From positions 45,687-109,686 of the forward strand of contig CAZQHU010000001.1 in assembly GCA_964592785.1 (NCBI GenBank): a DNA stretch of 64,000 nucleotides, written 5' to 3'. Both the position numbers and the translations under genes were made by a program. A model generated the notes under the pieces. The model searched no databases and was not told the DNA's origin. It saw only the letters and a list, made by a program, of their open reading frames with translations. Shown here piece after piece: positions 49,030 through 58,372 of this stretch. The DNA is from an uncultured Gammaproteobacteria bacterium (lineage in GTDB: Bacteria > Patescibacteriota > Patescibacteriia > Magasanikbacterales > UBA922). Numbering within the stretch: position 1 is the first letter of the stretch; every line of letters begins with the position of its first letter.

Positions 49030-49109
49030 GTTCTTTAAATTTTAATGTCTCAGAAGGTGGTCAGGAAGTTCCTGATTAATGATGGGTCACTAATAAAAAG
49101 GAGGGCGTT

Positions 49110-49184
49110 GTGGAGGAAATGACTTGGGAGGAGATCGTTCGGTCCATGGGTAAGTCGGTGGGTCCTTCTGGTAATGGCTGTTGA
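49110..49184 (+). CDS. 24-aa SD-led micro-ORF
   Basis: AAAGGAGG-GTG; MEEMTWEEIVRSMGKSVGPSGNGC*; stop overlaps next SD. Confidence 0.35.
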   Translation: MEEMTWEEIVRSMGKSVGPSGNGC

Positions 49185-49198
49185 AAGGAGGAATGACG

Positions 49199-49558
49199 AT
49201 GTTTAGACTGCCTAAAGGTGTTTGTTTCTTCTTTATGAAAGATCCTGCTGATCGGGGGGTTCACCATCACCGCGGTAGAGGTCATAGGAGGACTGAAGAT
49301 CTGCCGGTCAAAGACCACGAACTTGGTCTAGGGTTTGAAGCTTGGGCGAGAAAGAAGGTGAGAGTTCCCACTGAACAGGAGACTCGTACCTACACCTATC
49401 ATCCGCTCATCACCGAACACTGCTTGGCTTGTGGTTGTCCACCAGATCGTCTGGGTGGTGGCCTTAACACCATTCCTTTCCCTGTTTTCACTTTGAAAGT
49501 GGACAGAGAAGGTGTGGTACGCCATGTTTGTGGTAAGGAGGTTTTCCGAATGAAGTAA
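49199..49558 (+). CDS. GC-rich orphan His/Cys-rich protein
   Basis: AAGGAGG SD; HHH, HCLACGC, HVCG. Confidence 0.6.
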   Translation: MFRLPKGVCFFFMKDPADRGVHHHRGRGHRRTEDLPVKDHELGLGFEAWARKKVRVPTEQETRTYTYHPLITEHCLACGCPPDRLGGGLNTIPFPVFTLKVDREGVVRHVCGKEVFRMK

Positions 49559-49595
49559 TTCGGAACGTCTGCCGGCGCGTTAGTCCGGCACTCAC

Positions 49596-50489
49596 TTATC
49601 TTCCAGTAATGAGACAAACAACTGCTCCAGTAAATTTCCAATTATTTTCAATCGCCTTTTTCAATCCAGCTACTGAAAGAGCGCTGTTTGGAGAAATTTT
49701 TATTTTGCAAGTTTCTTCTATCAGGTTGATTGAATCTCTAATCTCTGAGTCTGTCACCACCCAACCTTTGCCTTGGGTATTTTTTAAAATTTCTAAGATT
49801 TTTTCTTTGCGGTGAGCTATATTGTCAACAATTGCATCAGCCAAAGATGTGTCAGTTTTTTCTTCTGAATCTACCATTGGGTGGCAGGCAGTGGTTTGAA
49901 CAATATGAATTTGCGTTGGACAGTTTAATTTTTTAAAAGCTTCACCAAGTGCTTGAGCAGTAGTGCCACTGGAAGTAGGAACAAAAACTGCTTGTAAATT
50001 GGGGATTTTGCTCAGTTCTTCTGCCAATTCAAAATAACCTTCAAGTGCCAGGTCATCAGTGGATTGGCGCAAGAATTTTTTTGTGCCATTCTTATCTTCC
50101 AAAAAAGCTTCTTGCTTGGGATTTTCTACTTGTTCTAGAGAAATATTTTGGTCTTCAATTACAGTCATCAAGATTTTTAATTTTTCCGGATTAATATTTT
50201 TACCAATATAAATTTTCAATTTTATTTTTTGTTCATTATTTCGATTGTGAGCTTGAACAGCATGAATGGCGGCGAGTGCGGCATTGCCCGAAGAAGAAAT
50301 GACAAACTCTTGATAGGGTCCACCAATCGTTTCAGTATAAGGTCCAACTTTTGAATATTTTTTGATCATTATTGGCAGGGATCTTCCTTTGTGTGAACCA
50401 TATTTATGAAGATCTTCTCGTTTGAGATAAACTTCCGGAGTATTTAGAGTTTCTGCTAATTCAGGGTAAGACTGTTGAATAGTTTTCAT
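49596..50489 (-). CDS. PLP-dependent fold-type II enzyme (threonine synthase-like)
   Basis: LKREDL..GSHKGR, SSSGNAA, PTSSGTT, CLITG. Confidence 0.85.
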   Translation of the reverse strand: MKTIQQSYPELAETLNTPEVYLKREDLHKYGSHKGRSLPIMIKKYSKVGPYTETIGGPYQEFVISSSGNAALAAIHAVQAHNRNNEQKIKLKIYIGKNINPEKLKILMTVIEDQNISLEQVENPKQEAFLEDKNGTKKFLRQSTDDLALEGYFELAEELSKIPNLQAVFVPTSSGTTAQALGEAFKKLNCPTQIHIVQTTACHPMVDSEEKTDTSLADAIVDNIAHRKEKILEILKNTQGKGWVVTDSEIRDSINLIEETCKIKISPNSALSVAGLKKAIENNWKFTGAVVCLITGR

Positions 50490-50530
50490 AGTTGTGTTAT
50501 ACTTTGCTTGTTAAATATTTATTTTAAAAT

Positions 50531-50695
50531 ATGAAATTAATTTGTCCAGAATGTAAAAATAATGTTGATTTGTCAATTTATCCCAATTTGGCAATAGAAC
50601 AGGTGATAGAGTGTAATGTGTGTGGAATTTCTTTGTTGGTGACAGAAATGAATGACGAGGAAATTCAGACAGAAGTGGTGGATGAGGGGAAATAA
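50531..50695 (+). CDS. LysW-like zinc-ribbon carrier protein (54 aa, not in ORF track)
   Basis: MKLICPECKN..VIECNVCGISLLV..acidic tail EVVDEGK*. Confidence 0.7.
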   Translation: MKLICPECKNNVDLSIYPNLAIEQVIECNVCGISLLVTEMNDEEIQTEVVDEGK

Positions 50696-50746
50696 TGCGG
50701 ACTAACGCAGACTTACGCAGAATAAACGCAGAAAACATTTCTGCGT
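50696..50746. repeat. ACGCAGA 9-11 nt tandem repeat with inverted copy
   Basis: gcggacta acgcagactt acgcagaata aacgcagaaa..tttctgcgtt. Confidence 0.7.
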
Positions 50747-50748
50747 TT

Positions 50749-51306
50749 TTATTTTTTAAATAGTTTTTGTTTGAATTCTTTTAATTTTCCTTGGTACTTT
50801 AATCTTAAAATATCAATTACCATATCCTGGGAACGAAAATTTTCTTTTAAAATAATTTTCATAAAGTCTTGAAAATTTACTTTCAAGATTTTTATTTTTT
50901 CTCCATTATCCAATGCTTGTTTTTGGATTGACACACAGTTACGAGCAACATAGTTATACATTGTCCATTCAATTTTATGATATAGTGCTTTGGTGGTAAT
51001 CAACTCCCAATCATTGGAAATACATCCGGATTCTTCCAAGAGTTCGCGTTTAGCTGCTTGGAGTGGTGATTCACCAGGATCAATTCGTCCACCAAAAACA
51101 GAATAAAAATAATTTTTATATTGTGGTTGTTTCTGTTTGGCTAAAAGAATTTTTTTATCTGAGGTCGTGGCAATAATTTGTACTGTATCTGGACGTTTAA
51201 GCATTTCAAAAGTAGCCATTGATCCATCATACATTTTTTGAGGCCATTGGTAAACATCAAAAATCACTCCTTTGAATACTCGTTTGGCTTGTTTGGGTAT
51301 TTTCAT
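50749..51306 (-). CDS. NUDIX hydrolase
   Basis: GGRIDPGESPLQAAKRELLEESG. Confidence 0.9.
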   Translation of the reverse strand: MKIPKQAKRVFKGVIFDVYQWPQKMYDGSMATFEMLKRPDTVQIIATTSDKKILLAKQKQPQYKNYFYSVFGGRIDPGESPLQAAKRELLEESGCISNDWELITTKALYHKIEWTMYNYVARNCVSIQKQALDNGEKIKILKVNFQDFMKIILKENFRSQDMVIDILRLKYQGKLKEFKQKLFKK

Positions 51307-51376
51307 AGTAATCTCGAGTCACAGCGAGAGATCCCTTTTCATTGGGTTAAACTTCGCTTAATTATTTATTATTGTT

Positions 51377-53017
51377 TTATATTTTAAAAAGGGATTCCTC
51401 ACCCTGTTGGGTTCGGAATTTTGAAATTAGTTCTTCAATCATTCCGCGGAAACCATGGCTACCACAAAAAACTATAGTAACCTTATTTTGTTTGATTAAA
51501 TAATTTACTAATTCTTCATCATCATCAATATATTTTACATTGGGGTGGGTCTTGGCAATGATTTTTGTCAGTTCGCTTCCTTCCCAGTGTTTTAATTTTT
51601 CTGAAGTTTTTAATTTGGTTAGTTTAGGAATAATTACTTCGTCAGCGTTTTCAAAAGCATTATTATAGCTTGGTTCAGATTGTGGTTGGCGATTGCCGGT
51701 ATTGGGTTCGAAGATGCAGAAGATTTTGGTTCTGTCATTTTGAGCCCCGCCTTGCGGGGAAGAATCCCGACGGGATCCTTCGTCACTTCGTTCCTCAGGA
51801 TGACGCTTGTATATGTTGGCTAAATTTTCCAAAACACTTTTGGCTTTGGCGGGGGAGTGAGCAATATCATCAAAAATAGTAATATTTTCATTTTCAAATC
51901 TTTTTTCCAGTCTTCTTTTTAGGCCTTGAAATTTAGCGATTGCTTGAATAATTTTTTCTGGTTCAATACCAATTTGGTGAGCCATGGCGAAAGCGCCGGT
52001 GATGTTTTCAACATTGTAAGAACCCAAGGTTTTAGTTTGTAGCTTATAGTTTTTAGAATCATGTATAATTTCAAACTGCAAACCAGATTTGTCCATTGTC
52101 ACATTGCCACATTGATACGTTGTCGATGGGGAAAATCCATATGTGATAATTTGGCAATTTGACAATTTGACAATGTTTTTTGTTTTTTCACCTGCTACAA
52201 TTATGCCATTCTTTGGCACAGACTTAATTAATTTTTCAAACGCCTGAAAATAACTTTTTTCAGTGGGATAAACATCCGCATGATCCCATTCTATGGCTGT
52301 CAAAAGCAGGTGAGTGGGGTGATAATGAAAAAATTTGGCGCCATCATCCCAGCGAGAAGATTTGTATTCATCACCTTCAAGTACTGACCAATCGTCATCT
52401 TGAGCGGATCCGCCAGTTGGCGGAGGAGTCGAAAGATCCCTTGTAAGAAGTAAGGGATTCTTCGACTTCGTCGCGTCTGGCGCGACTTCGCTCAGAATGA
52501 CGTTTCCTAAGCTAGCACTATCAAACTCATCAATCACAATTCCTCCAAACATATAACTGGGATTATAACCACATTCTGACAGGATAAAAGAGAGTAGGGC
52601 AGAAGTCGAGGTCTTACCATAGGTACCAGCACAAACAATTGAATTTTCTTTAACAAAATATTTTTCAATAGCTTCTGGATAAGATAAATAATTTAATTTA
52701 TTTTTTTGAACATAGAGCCACTCAGGATTTGTAGAACTAGCGACATTGCCGACTATTACTAAATGGTCATTTTTTCCTCCTTCGCTACCACCTTCGCCAA
52801 GGCTTTGGCGGTCAAGAAAGCTTCGGAGGACGAAGTCTGGATGCCAGCCTGGATAGAAATCTATCTGATGTTTTTCTAGATTGGTAGAAACTGGAGGAAA
52901 GAAACCGACATCAGATCCGGACACCTCAAAACCAGCTTTTTTGAAAGCTATAGCGAGAGCCGACATGGCTACTCCACAGATGCCGATGAAATGAATTTTG
53001 TGAATTTTGTTGTTCAT
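51377..53017 (-). CDS. Mur ligase (MurC/Mpl-like) with three palindromic in-frame inserts
   Basis: IHFIGICGVAMSALA, AGTYGKTST, EGDEY, DHAD, DDIAHSP. Confidence 0.88.
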   Translation of the reverse strand: MNNKIHKIHFIGICGVAMSALAIAFKKAGFEVSGSDVGFFPPVSTNLEKHQIDFYPGWHPDFVLRSFLDRQSLGEGGSEGGKNDHLVIVGNVASSTNPEWLYVQKNKLNYLSYPEAIEKYFVKENSIVCAGTYGKTSTSALLSFILSECGYNPSYMFGGIVIDEFDSASLGNVILSEVAPDATKSKNPLLLTRDLSTPPPTGGSAQDDDWSVLEGDEYKSSRWDDGAKFFHYHPTHLLLTAIEWDHADVYPTEKSYFQAFEKLIKSVPKNGIIVAGEKTKNIVKLSNCQIITYGFSPSTTYQCGNVTMDKSGLQFEIIHDSKNYKLQTKTLGSYNVENITGAFAMAHQIGIEPEKIIQAIAKFQGLKRRLEKRFENENITIFDDIAHSPAKAKSVLENLANIYKRHPEERSDEGSRRDSSPQGGAQNDRTKIFCIFEPNTGNRQPQSEPSYNNAFENADEVIIPKLTKLKTSEKLKHWEGSELTKIIAKTHPNVKYIDDDEELVNYLIKQNKVTIVFCGSHGFRGMIEELISKFRTQQGEESLFKI

Positions 53018-53088
53018 TAATATTTGGTTAGTATTTTTCTAGTATTCATGAAATATTAAACATATACTAAAAAAATATTAACAAAATA

Positions 53089-53802
53089 TTATTTAAGGAT
53101 TTCTTTCAGCTCATTTAAACTATCACTCCATTTCTCACCATCAAACCATTCCAATCCTGTGAATTGTAGTTTGTAAGTGTCAGTTGGACGTTGGGCAGAT
53201 CCCAAGTAAATATATTTTTTATTATTTTCTTTGGCGTAGAGAATAGCTCGGAGCATCATACCCATGCCGAGGTTGGATAAACCGACCGTTAAAGAATAGA
53301 AAGGATAGGAGTAGTGTAGGATTTCGTTCGTTTCGTGACAGATGGCGTAGCCGATGATGAGGTCATCCTGAGCGGATCCGCCAGTTGGCGGAGGAGTCGA
53401 AGGATCCCTTTCTAACTCGGGATTCTTCACTTCGTTCAGAATGACGTATTTGAAAAGTTTATTAAAATTATGTTCAGTCGTTAATAATTCTTTTATCTTG
53501 TTGGCAGAAAAAACTCCTTTACCAAATTTAGTTTCGTAAAAATCTTTAGCAATTTTACCAATTTGCCAGTTGTAACTAGTAACTGGTAACTCGTAACTAG
53601 TAAATGTTAAGTTTTCAGTTTTTTTTAAAATGCGTTTATTTTCGCTTGACAATTTAAACTTGTTCAAATCAATTCGTAAACTTCGCGTTTGGTACATGCT
53701 TCCCAAGTGTTCGCGGGTGAATAAATAACCCTCGTTGTAGAGAGAGTTGATGTTGTCGTCGGAAAAATTAGTAGTAGTTTTTTCGTTCCATTTTAGGTAC
53801 AT
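53089..53802 (-). CDS. Arginyl-tRNA-protein transferase (ATE/Bpt)-like GNAT protein with in-frame insert
   Basis: SLRIDL..F, YSYPFY, LGMGMMLRAI..KKYIYLG..YKLQF..LE. Confidence 0.6.
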   Translation of the reverse strand: MYLKWNEKTTTNFSDDNINSLYNEGYLFTREHLGSMYQTRSLRIDLNKFKLSSENKRILKKTENLTFTSYELPVTSYNWQIGKIAKDFYETKFGKGVFSANKIKELLTTEHNFNKLFKYVILNEVKNPELERDPSTPPPTGGSAQDDLIIGYAICHETNEILHYSYPFYSLTVGLSNLGMGMMLRAILYAKENNKKYIYLGSAQRPTDTYKLQFTGLEWFDGEKWSDSLNELKEILK

Positions 53803-53803
53803 A

Positions 53804-54037
53804 TTACTTCACCCAAAAATAATATATGGGTACGAATTGTCCAATACCTGTGGTTCTTACATCAATACACTGGGTATTAGGAGGACATATTTGTTTAGAG
53901 TTTGTTTCAATAATTTTGCAATAGGATGGTGGTTTGGTGGACATCGTGACTTCCAAACACTTTTCAGAGATGATGAAATTTATTGTAGTAAGAATACCAA
54001 CTATAATTATTATTAATAGAATTATTTTTTTTGACAT
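53804..54037 (-). CDS. Small Cys-rich exported protein
   Basis: Signal/TM, four Cys. Confidence 0.5.
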   Translation of the reverse strand: MSKKIILLIIIIVGILTTINFIISEKCLEVTMSTKPPSYCKIIETNSKQICPPNTQCIDVRTTGIGQFVPIYYFWVK

Positions 54038-54064
54038 AAATTTTAATTTAATAAGTAGAATATA

Positions 54065-54412
54065 CTATCCTAAGCAAATTGCGTTGTCCTTTGAAGTACA
54101 AAATTCATATGATTCAGCTTGTGGATCCCAACCATTTTTGCATTGCATCCAAGTACAAGCATTTTGTTTTTCACACGATTCTTTTGTTTTTAGTTTGTGA
54201 CAGGTTTCATATTCTTTACGAAGTTGTTGTTGTTTGATAATACATTTTGTAAATTCTTCGCCCTTGAATTGGCTACACATTTGTTTATCCGAATTTTGTG
54301 TATTAATTTTTTCTATTTCGTAATGATAAACTAATTGATAAATTAAAACTGACGCGCAAACAACAATTAATATAAGTATCCAATATGGTAGTTTGAGGGA
54401 GAGTATTTTCAT
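54065..54412 (-). CDS. Cys-rich membrane-anchored protein
   Basis: N-terminal TM, eight Cys in the soluble part. Confidence 0.6.
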   Translation of the reverse strand: MKILSLKLPYWILILIVVCASVLIYQLVYHYEIEKINTQNSDKQMCSQFKGEEFTKCIIKQQQLRKEYETCHKLKTKESCEKQNACTWMQCKNGWDPQAESYEFCTSKDNAICLG

Positions 54413-54418
54413 ATTAGT

Positions 54419-55540
54419 TTAATACAGCGCTATCCAAAGTCCTAAGAGCACCATCGCTCCATGGGCGATCCAAAAACGCATAACAGTTTTTTCTTCTGTC
54501 CACCCTAGGAGTTCAAAATGATGATGCAGTGGGGCCATCTTGAAAATTCTTCGTCCCCAAGTATAGCGACCAAAAATTTGAATAATTACAGAAACCAATT
54601 CTACATAAAAAATAAAACCAAAGAAGGGGAGTAGGAGCATTTTATTTATAACAATAGCATTTATTGCCAATAAAGCTCCCAAACCAAGTGAACCAACATC
54701 ACCCATTTGAAAACGAGCTGGTTTGACATTGAAATAAGTGTAAGTAATCAATGCTCCAGAAGCAGTGGCATTTAATAGAGTAATTTCGTGGTAACCAGTA
54801 AGCCAGCTAAGAATAGTCAAAGTGGAAAAAGTAATAATAAGCGAACCACCAGCTAGTCCGTCCATGCCATCGGCTACATTTACGGCATTGGCAGTAAACA
54901 TGACAAAGAAAATAATAATTGGCATGATCCACCAGCCAATATCTACTAGGCCATCAAAAGGAATAAAAATTTCCCGCCAGCTTTCTCCCAGTTTAAAATA
55001 GATCCAATAAGCAGTAATGGCTCCAGCTGCAAATTGTAAAAGCAATTTTTCATGAACATGTACGCCTCTTCCTGGATGAGAACCGAGTGATAGAGCCAGA
55101 CGTTTAAAAATAGACCAAGGCAAAGTAATAATTAACCAGAGACGATATCTCCAGTCAGCATGCACCCGAATAAGAGTAAGAATTTGTTTGATTTTTCTAT
55201 TTCTTCTTTCATGTCCATAAATATGCATCACATCATCAATGCCACCCAAGAGTGCAGCGAGTAACATTACACCGATTGGCACCCAGGTAAAGCTTCGTTC
55301 CCAGTTGAAGAAATAAGTAATAATAGCGACAGTGATAATAACTAAAAGTCCACCCATGATTGGTGTGCCAGTTTTTTGGGTGATACCCAAGGTAGCATCA
55401 TAATCTCCCCGTCTGGTAAGCTTGAAATGATAAAGAAATTTAATCAAAACTGGAGCCCAAACAAAAGCCAAAACAGCCGAAAAAATACCGAAACTAATAG
55501 CGGTTTTGAGTTCTGGCAATGTTCCCAAAGGGATATTCAT
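54419..55540 (-). CDS. mraY: Phospho-N-acetylmuramoyl-pentapeptide transferase
   Basis: GTPIMGG, GGIDD, NAVNVADGMDGL, MGDVGS, MAPLHHHFE. Confidence 0.95.
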   Translation of the reverse strand: MNIPLGTLPELKTAISFGIFSAVLAFVWAPVLIKFLYHFKLTRRGDYDATLGITQKTGTPIMGGLLVIITVAIITYFFNWERSFTWVPIGVMLLAALLGGIDDVMHIYGHERRNRKIKQILTLIRVHADWRYRLWLIITLPWSIFKRLALSLGSHPGRGVHVHEKLLLQFAAGAITAYWIYFKLGESWREIFIPFDGLVDIGWWIMPIIIFFVMFTANAVNVADGMDGLAGGSLIITFSTLTILSWLTGYHEITLLNATASGALITYTYFNVKPARFQMGDVGSLGLGALLAINAIVINKMLLLPFFGFIFYVELVSVIIQIFGRYTWGRRIFKMAPLHHHFELLGWTEEKTVMRFWIAHGAMVLLGLWIALY

Positions 55541-55716
55541 AAGTCTAGATTATTTTATCAACAATTGACTAAAAAATCAAGTTTTGAAAATGCTTGAAAA
55601 ATTTTTGGATTTGTGTTTAAATAAATTGAAAGCTTGAATAAAAGAGCTGATGAGGTTGGGATTTACTCGTCCTAGTAGAGTTGATTTGGTCAGCTCTTTC
55701 ACAACTGGAGGCAATC

Positions 55717-56871
55717 ATGTCCATTGGTGGAGTGGTCATCACTACGGGCGTAGCCTGTGCCAAACTGGATCTGCTCAAGGTCATGATCGAGATGGTTCTC
55801 CAGGCAGGTCTTCAGCCGGTGTTGCGGATCAATACCGCGCATCACGGCAGTCCGTTGTTCCAGCAGATACTGGACGTGACCTGTGAAGCTAGGTATGCGT
55901 ATCCGGAAGGTGAAGTCCTGCTTCAGATGGACTTGCCTGGTCCGAAAATCCGCGCGCGGATTGCAAGCGGGGTCAAGGAAAGGGAACTCAAGCCTGGTGA
56001 TGAGATCTTCTTCGGCCATGAAGGCTGTCTACCGCAGTTCTCGTTCAACAATGGCCGTGAACTTCTCTGCCCCAATCTGCCCGAAGTGCTCTTTGGGCTG
56101 GAGGCGGGGATGGACATTGTCATGGCCGACGGTGCATTCCGTTTCCAGGTGAAGGAAGTGGTGGAGCAAAATCGTCTATTCCTGCTCGTGGTCTTGAGGG
56201 CCAAGGAAGTGTTCAAGGATTACCGTGGTGTTTCCTTCCCGAAACGGAGAGGTATCGGTGGTATCTGCTGCCCCACTCAGGAAGACCTAGACCTGGTACC
56301 GCTGGTAGTTTCTTCGAGTGCGAACATCGTTGCCCAATCCTTCACGCTGAACGGTGATTCCATTCGCACTCTGCGTTCGCAGATCGAGAAGTGCGGTGGA
56401 AGGAACGTGCAGGTGATGGCTAAGCCGGAAAACCGCGATGCCTTGTACAACTGGAGGAGCATCTGCGAAGCGAGCGATTCACTGATGGTTCCTCGGGGTG
56501 ACCTGGCAGTGGAAGTCTCCCTTCTGGATCTGCCTTTCATCCAGCAGATACTGGTCATTTGGGGACGTTCCTACAACAAGCCGGTCACCATTGGTACGGG
56601 GCTCTTGCGTAGCATGCTCGAAGACGACGAGTATGCACGTTCGGAAGCCACGGATGTCACGGTGGCGATTCAGCAGCTCTGGGGGACCCCAGGCTTCGTG
56701 ATGCTGACGAACGAAACCTGCGAGGGTAAACACCCGGCCGAGACCGTGGCAGTGATCCTGGCGACGGTCCAGAGGAACAGGAAGTATTTGGAGATCCTTC
56801 ACCATCTGGTTCCGACTGACTTGGACAGGTTCGAGGAGGAATATCGGGGGCTTTTGGACAGTTGCACTTGA
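55717..56871 (+). CDS. GC-rich divergent pyruvate kinase-like protein lacking the C domain
   Basis: RINTAH, DLPGPKIR, AKPEN, MVPRGDLAVE, RSEATDV, MLTNET..GKHP; GGAGG SD. Confidence 0.8.
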   Translation: MSIGGVVITTGVACAKLDLLKVMIEMVLQAGLQPVLRINTAHHGSPLFQQILDVTCEARYAYPEGEVLLQMDLPGPKIRARIASGVKERELKPGDEIFFGHEGCLPQFSFNNGRELLCPNLPEVLFGLEAGMDIVMADGAFRFQVKEVVEQNRLFLLVVLRAKEVFKDYRGVSFPKRRGIGGICCPTQEDLDLVPLVVSSSANIVAQSFTLNGDSIRTLRSQIEKCGGRNVQVMAKPENRDALYNWRSICEASDSLMVPRGDLAVEVSLLDLPFIQQILVIWGRSYNKPVTIGTGLLRSMLEDDEYARSEATDVTVAIQQLWGTPGFVMLTNETCEGKHPAETVAVILATVQRNRKYLEILHHLVPTDLDRFEEEYRGLLDSCT

Positions 56872-56940
56872 TCTCCCTTGGGAGGTGGAGGGAATCGTGG
56901 TCTGGTTGATTAGTGCGATAAGTAGAAAGGAGGTGTGATC

Positions 56941-57279
56941 ATGATGCCTGAACTCGTCAGAACCTTTGGAGGACATCAGTTTCCGCTCTCCATTTACATG
57001 GGAGAGAGGAAGGTGGTGGTCCAGGTACCAGAAGAAGGAGAACTCAAGACCATCGAGCGTGGTTCTGGCAATGGCAGGAAGGTCATCCTCTACCCGCTGA
57101 CCATGGTCGATGGAGTGAATCACCGTTTCGTGTTCAATCACGAAAATGGTGTTCCGATTTCGGGCTACATCGAGGAAGCCAAGGGACACCGTCTCAAGCC
57201 GGGAGTGAAATTCACCTTTTCGGTGATCACGAGCGGTGGTCGGTGCCCGGTCCAGGCTCGAGTGGAACTGCAGTCATAG
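56941..57279 (+). CDS. GC-rich orphan protein
   Basis: AGAAAGGAGGTG SD. Confidence 0.65.
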   Translation: MMPELVRTFGGHQFPLSIYMGERKVVVQVPEEGELKTIERGSGNGRKVILYPLTMVDGVNHRFVFNHENGVPISGYIEEAKGHRLKPGVKFTFSVITSGGRCPVQARVELQS

Positions 57280-57284
57280 TCCTG

Positions 57285-57539
57285 GGGGCTTGACTGACTG
57301 GCCGGCTTGTGTTAGGATAGTTTTGGCTAACTTCGCGTGAAGGGACCGCACGAATGCTCTGCTACGGGCGCGGTTGCGCGAATTTTGGCTGGCCCACAGG
57401 GGCCGGGTGGTGGGTCGTTTGGCACGACCCCCCAGGTTGGACACCGTTGCAAGATACGGCGACCATGGCCTTTCGGCCCACCACCCAACCCTGTCCACAA
57501 GGAGGACGGGGGTGTATTCTGCACCCCCCAAGTTCCAAA
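57285..57539 (+). ncRNA. Candidate structured 3' RNA D
   Basis: Stems ttcgcgtga/tgcgcgaa, gggtggtggg/cccaccaccc, terminal GGGGGTGT hairpin plus GTTCCAAA. Confidence 0.45.
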
Positions 57540-57597
57540 CCAATAAACATTTGTTGATTGGGAATAACAAAAAATCGCTTTAAAGCGATTTTTTGTT

Positions 57598-58338
57598 TTA
57601 TATTTTTAATCTTTTTATTACAAATTCTTTGGCTTTTTTCGCATACTCTTGCATTTGTGGTTCGGACCAAGTTTGTTCTAATAAATTTTTGTTGGGGTTG
57701 GTAATTGTAATTGTTTCTTGTCGGACGCCGTGGTTGTATTGTCCGTCGGTAGGGTATTGGAAGGAGTGAATATAGTTCAGAGTTCCTAGTTCAGAGTTCA
57801 CAGACTCTACTAGTAAAACATGGTTGTAATCTTGTTTTAGTCCTGCACCCATAATAATGATCATATCACCCGGTTGAATTTCTGATAATTTAATTTCAAA
57901 ACTATTTACTTTGTGATGGAAAGTTCCCACGCCAGTATTTTCAATCGGACGAAGTTTGACCAAAAATTTTCTGAGAGGATTTTTGAACCAAGGTCTTTTC
58001 AAAACCTTATGTAAACTGCCTTTGCCACGAGCCTGCATTTCAGCGTCTAGTATGTGATAAACCAGTCCCGAACAATCAATACCTAGATTATGGTTGATTA
58101 AAAATTTTTTTAATTCTTCATTATTCAGTTTGTTTAAATCAACTTTTTCTCGGAGTGAAAAAATAGTTGCTTCTTCTACAATATCTTCAGGGCTACCTTT
58201 GCCGATCATGGCGCGTAAACCTCCGCGAAGTCGAGCACGACGATTATTAAAATAAGGACAAGAAATTTGTTTGCCAGGGAAGGGAAGTTGGAGATATTTT
58301 TGAATAACTTGCAGGGCTTGAGGAGATAGACTATTCAT
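57598..58338 (-). CDS. NlpC/P60-like cysteine peptidase
   Basis: GIDCSGLV, PGDMII, HVLLV. Confidence 0.65.
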   Translation of the reverse strand: MNSLSPQALQVIQKYLQLPFPGKQISCPYFNNRRARLRGGLRAMIGKGSPEDIVEEATIFSLREKVDLNKLNNEELKKFLINHNLGIDCSGLVYHILDAEMQARGKGSLHKVLKRPWFKNPLRKFLVKLRPIENTGVGTFHHKVNSFEIKLSEIQPGDMIIIMGAGLKQDYNHVLLVESVNSELGTLNYIHSFQYPTDGQYNHGVRQETITITNPNKNLLEQTWSEPQMQEYAKKAKEFVIKRLKI

Positions 58339-58372
58339 AATTTTTAATTTGAAATTTTTAAACAATTTTTAA

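Noticed and set aside
55650-57540. Prophage or integron explanation for the GC-rich islands
   Set aside because: No integrase, structural genes, att duplications or attC-like sites; islands are scattered in both orientations
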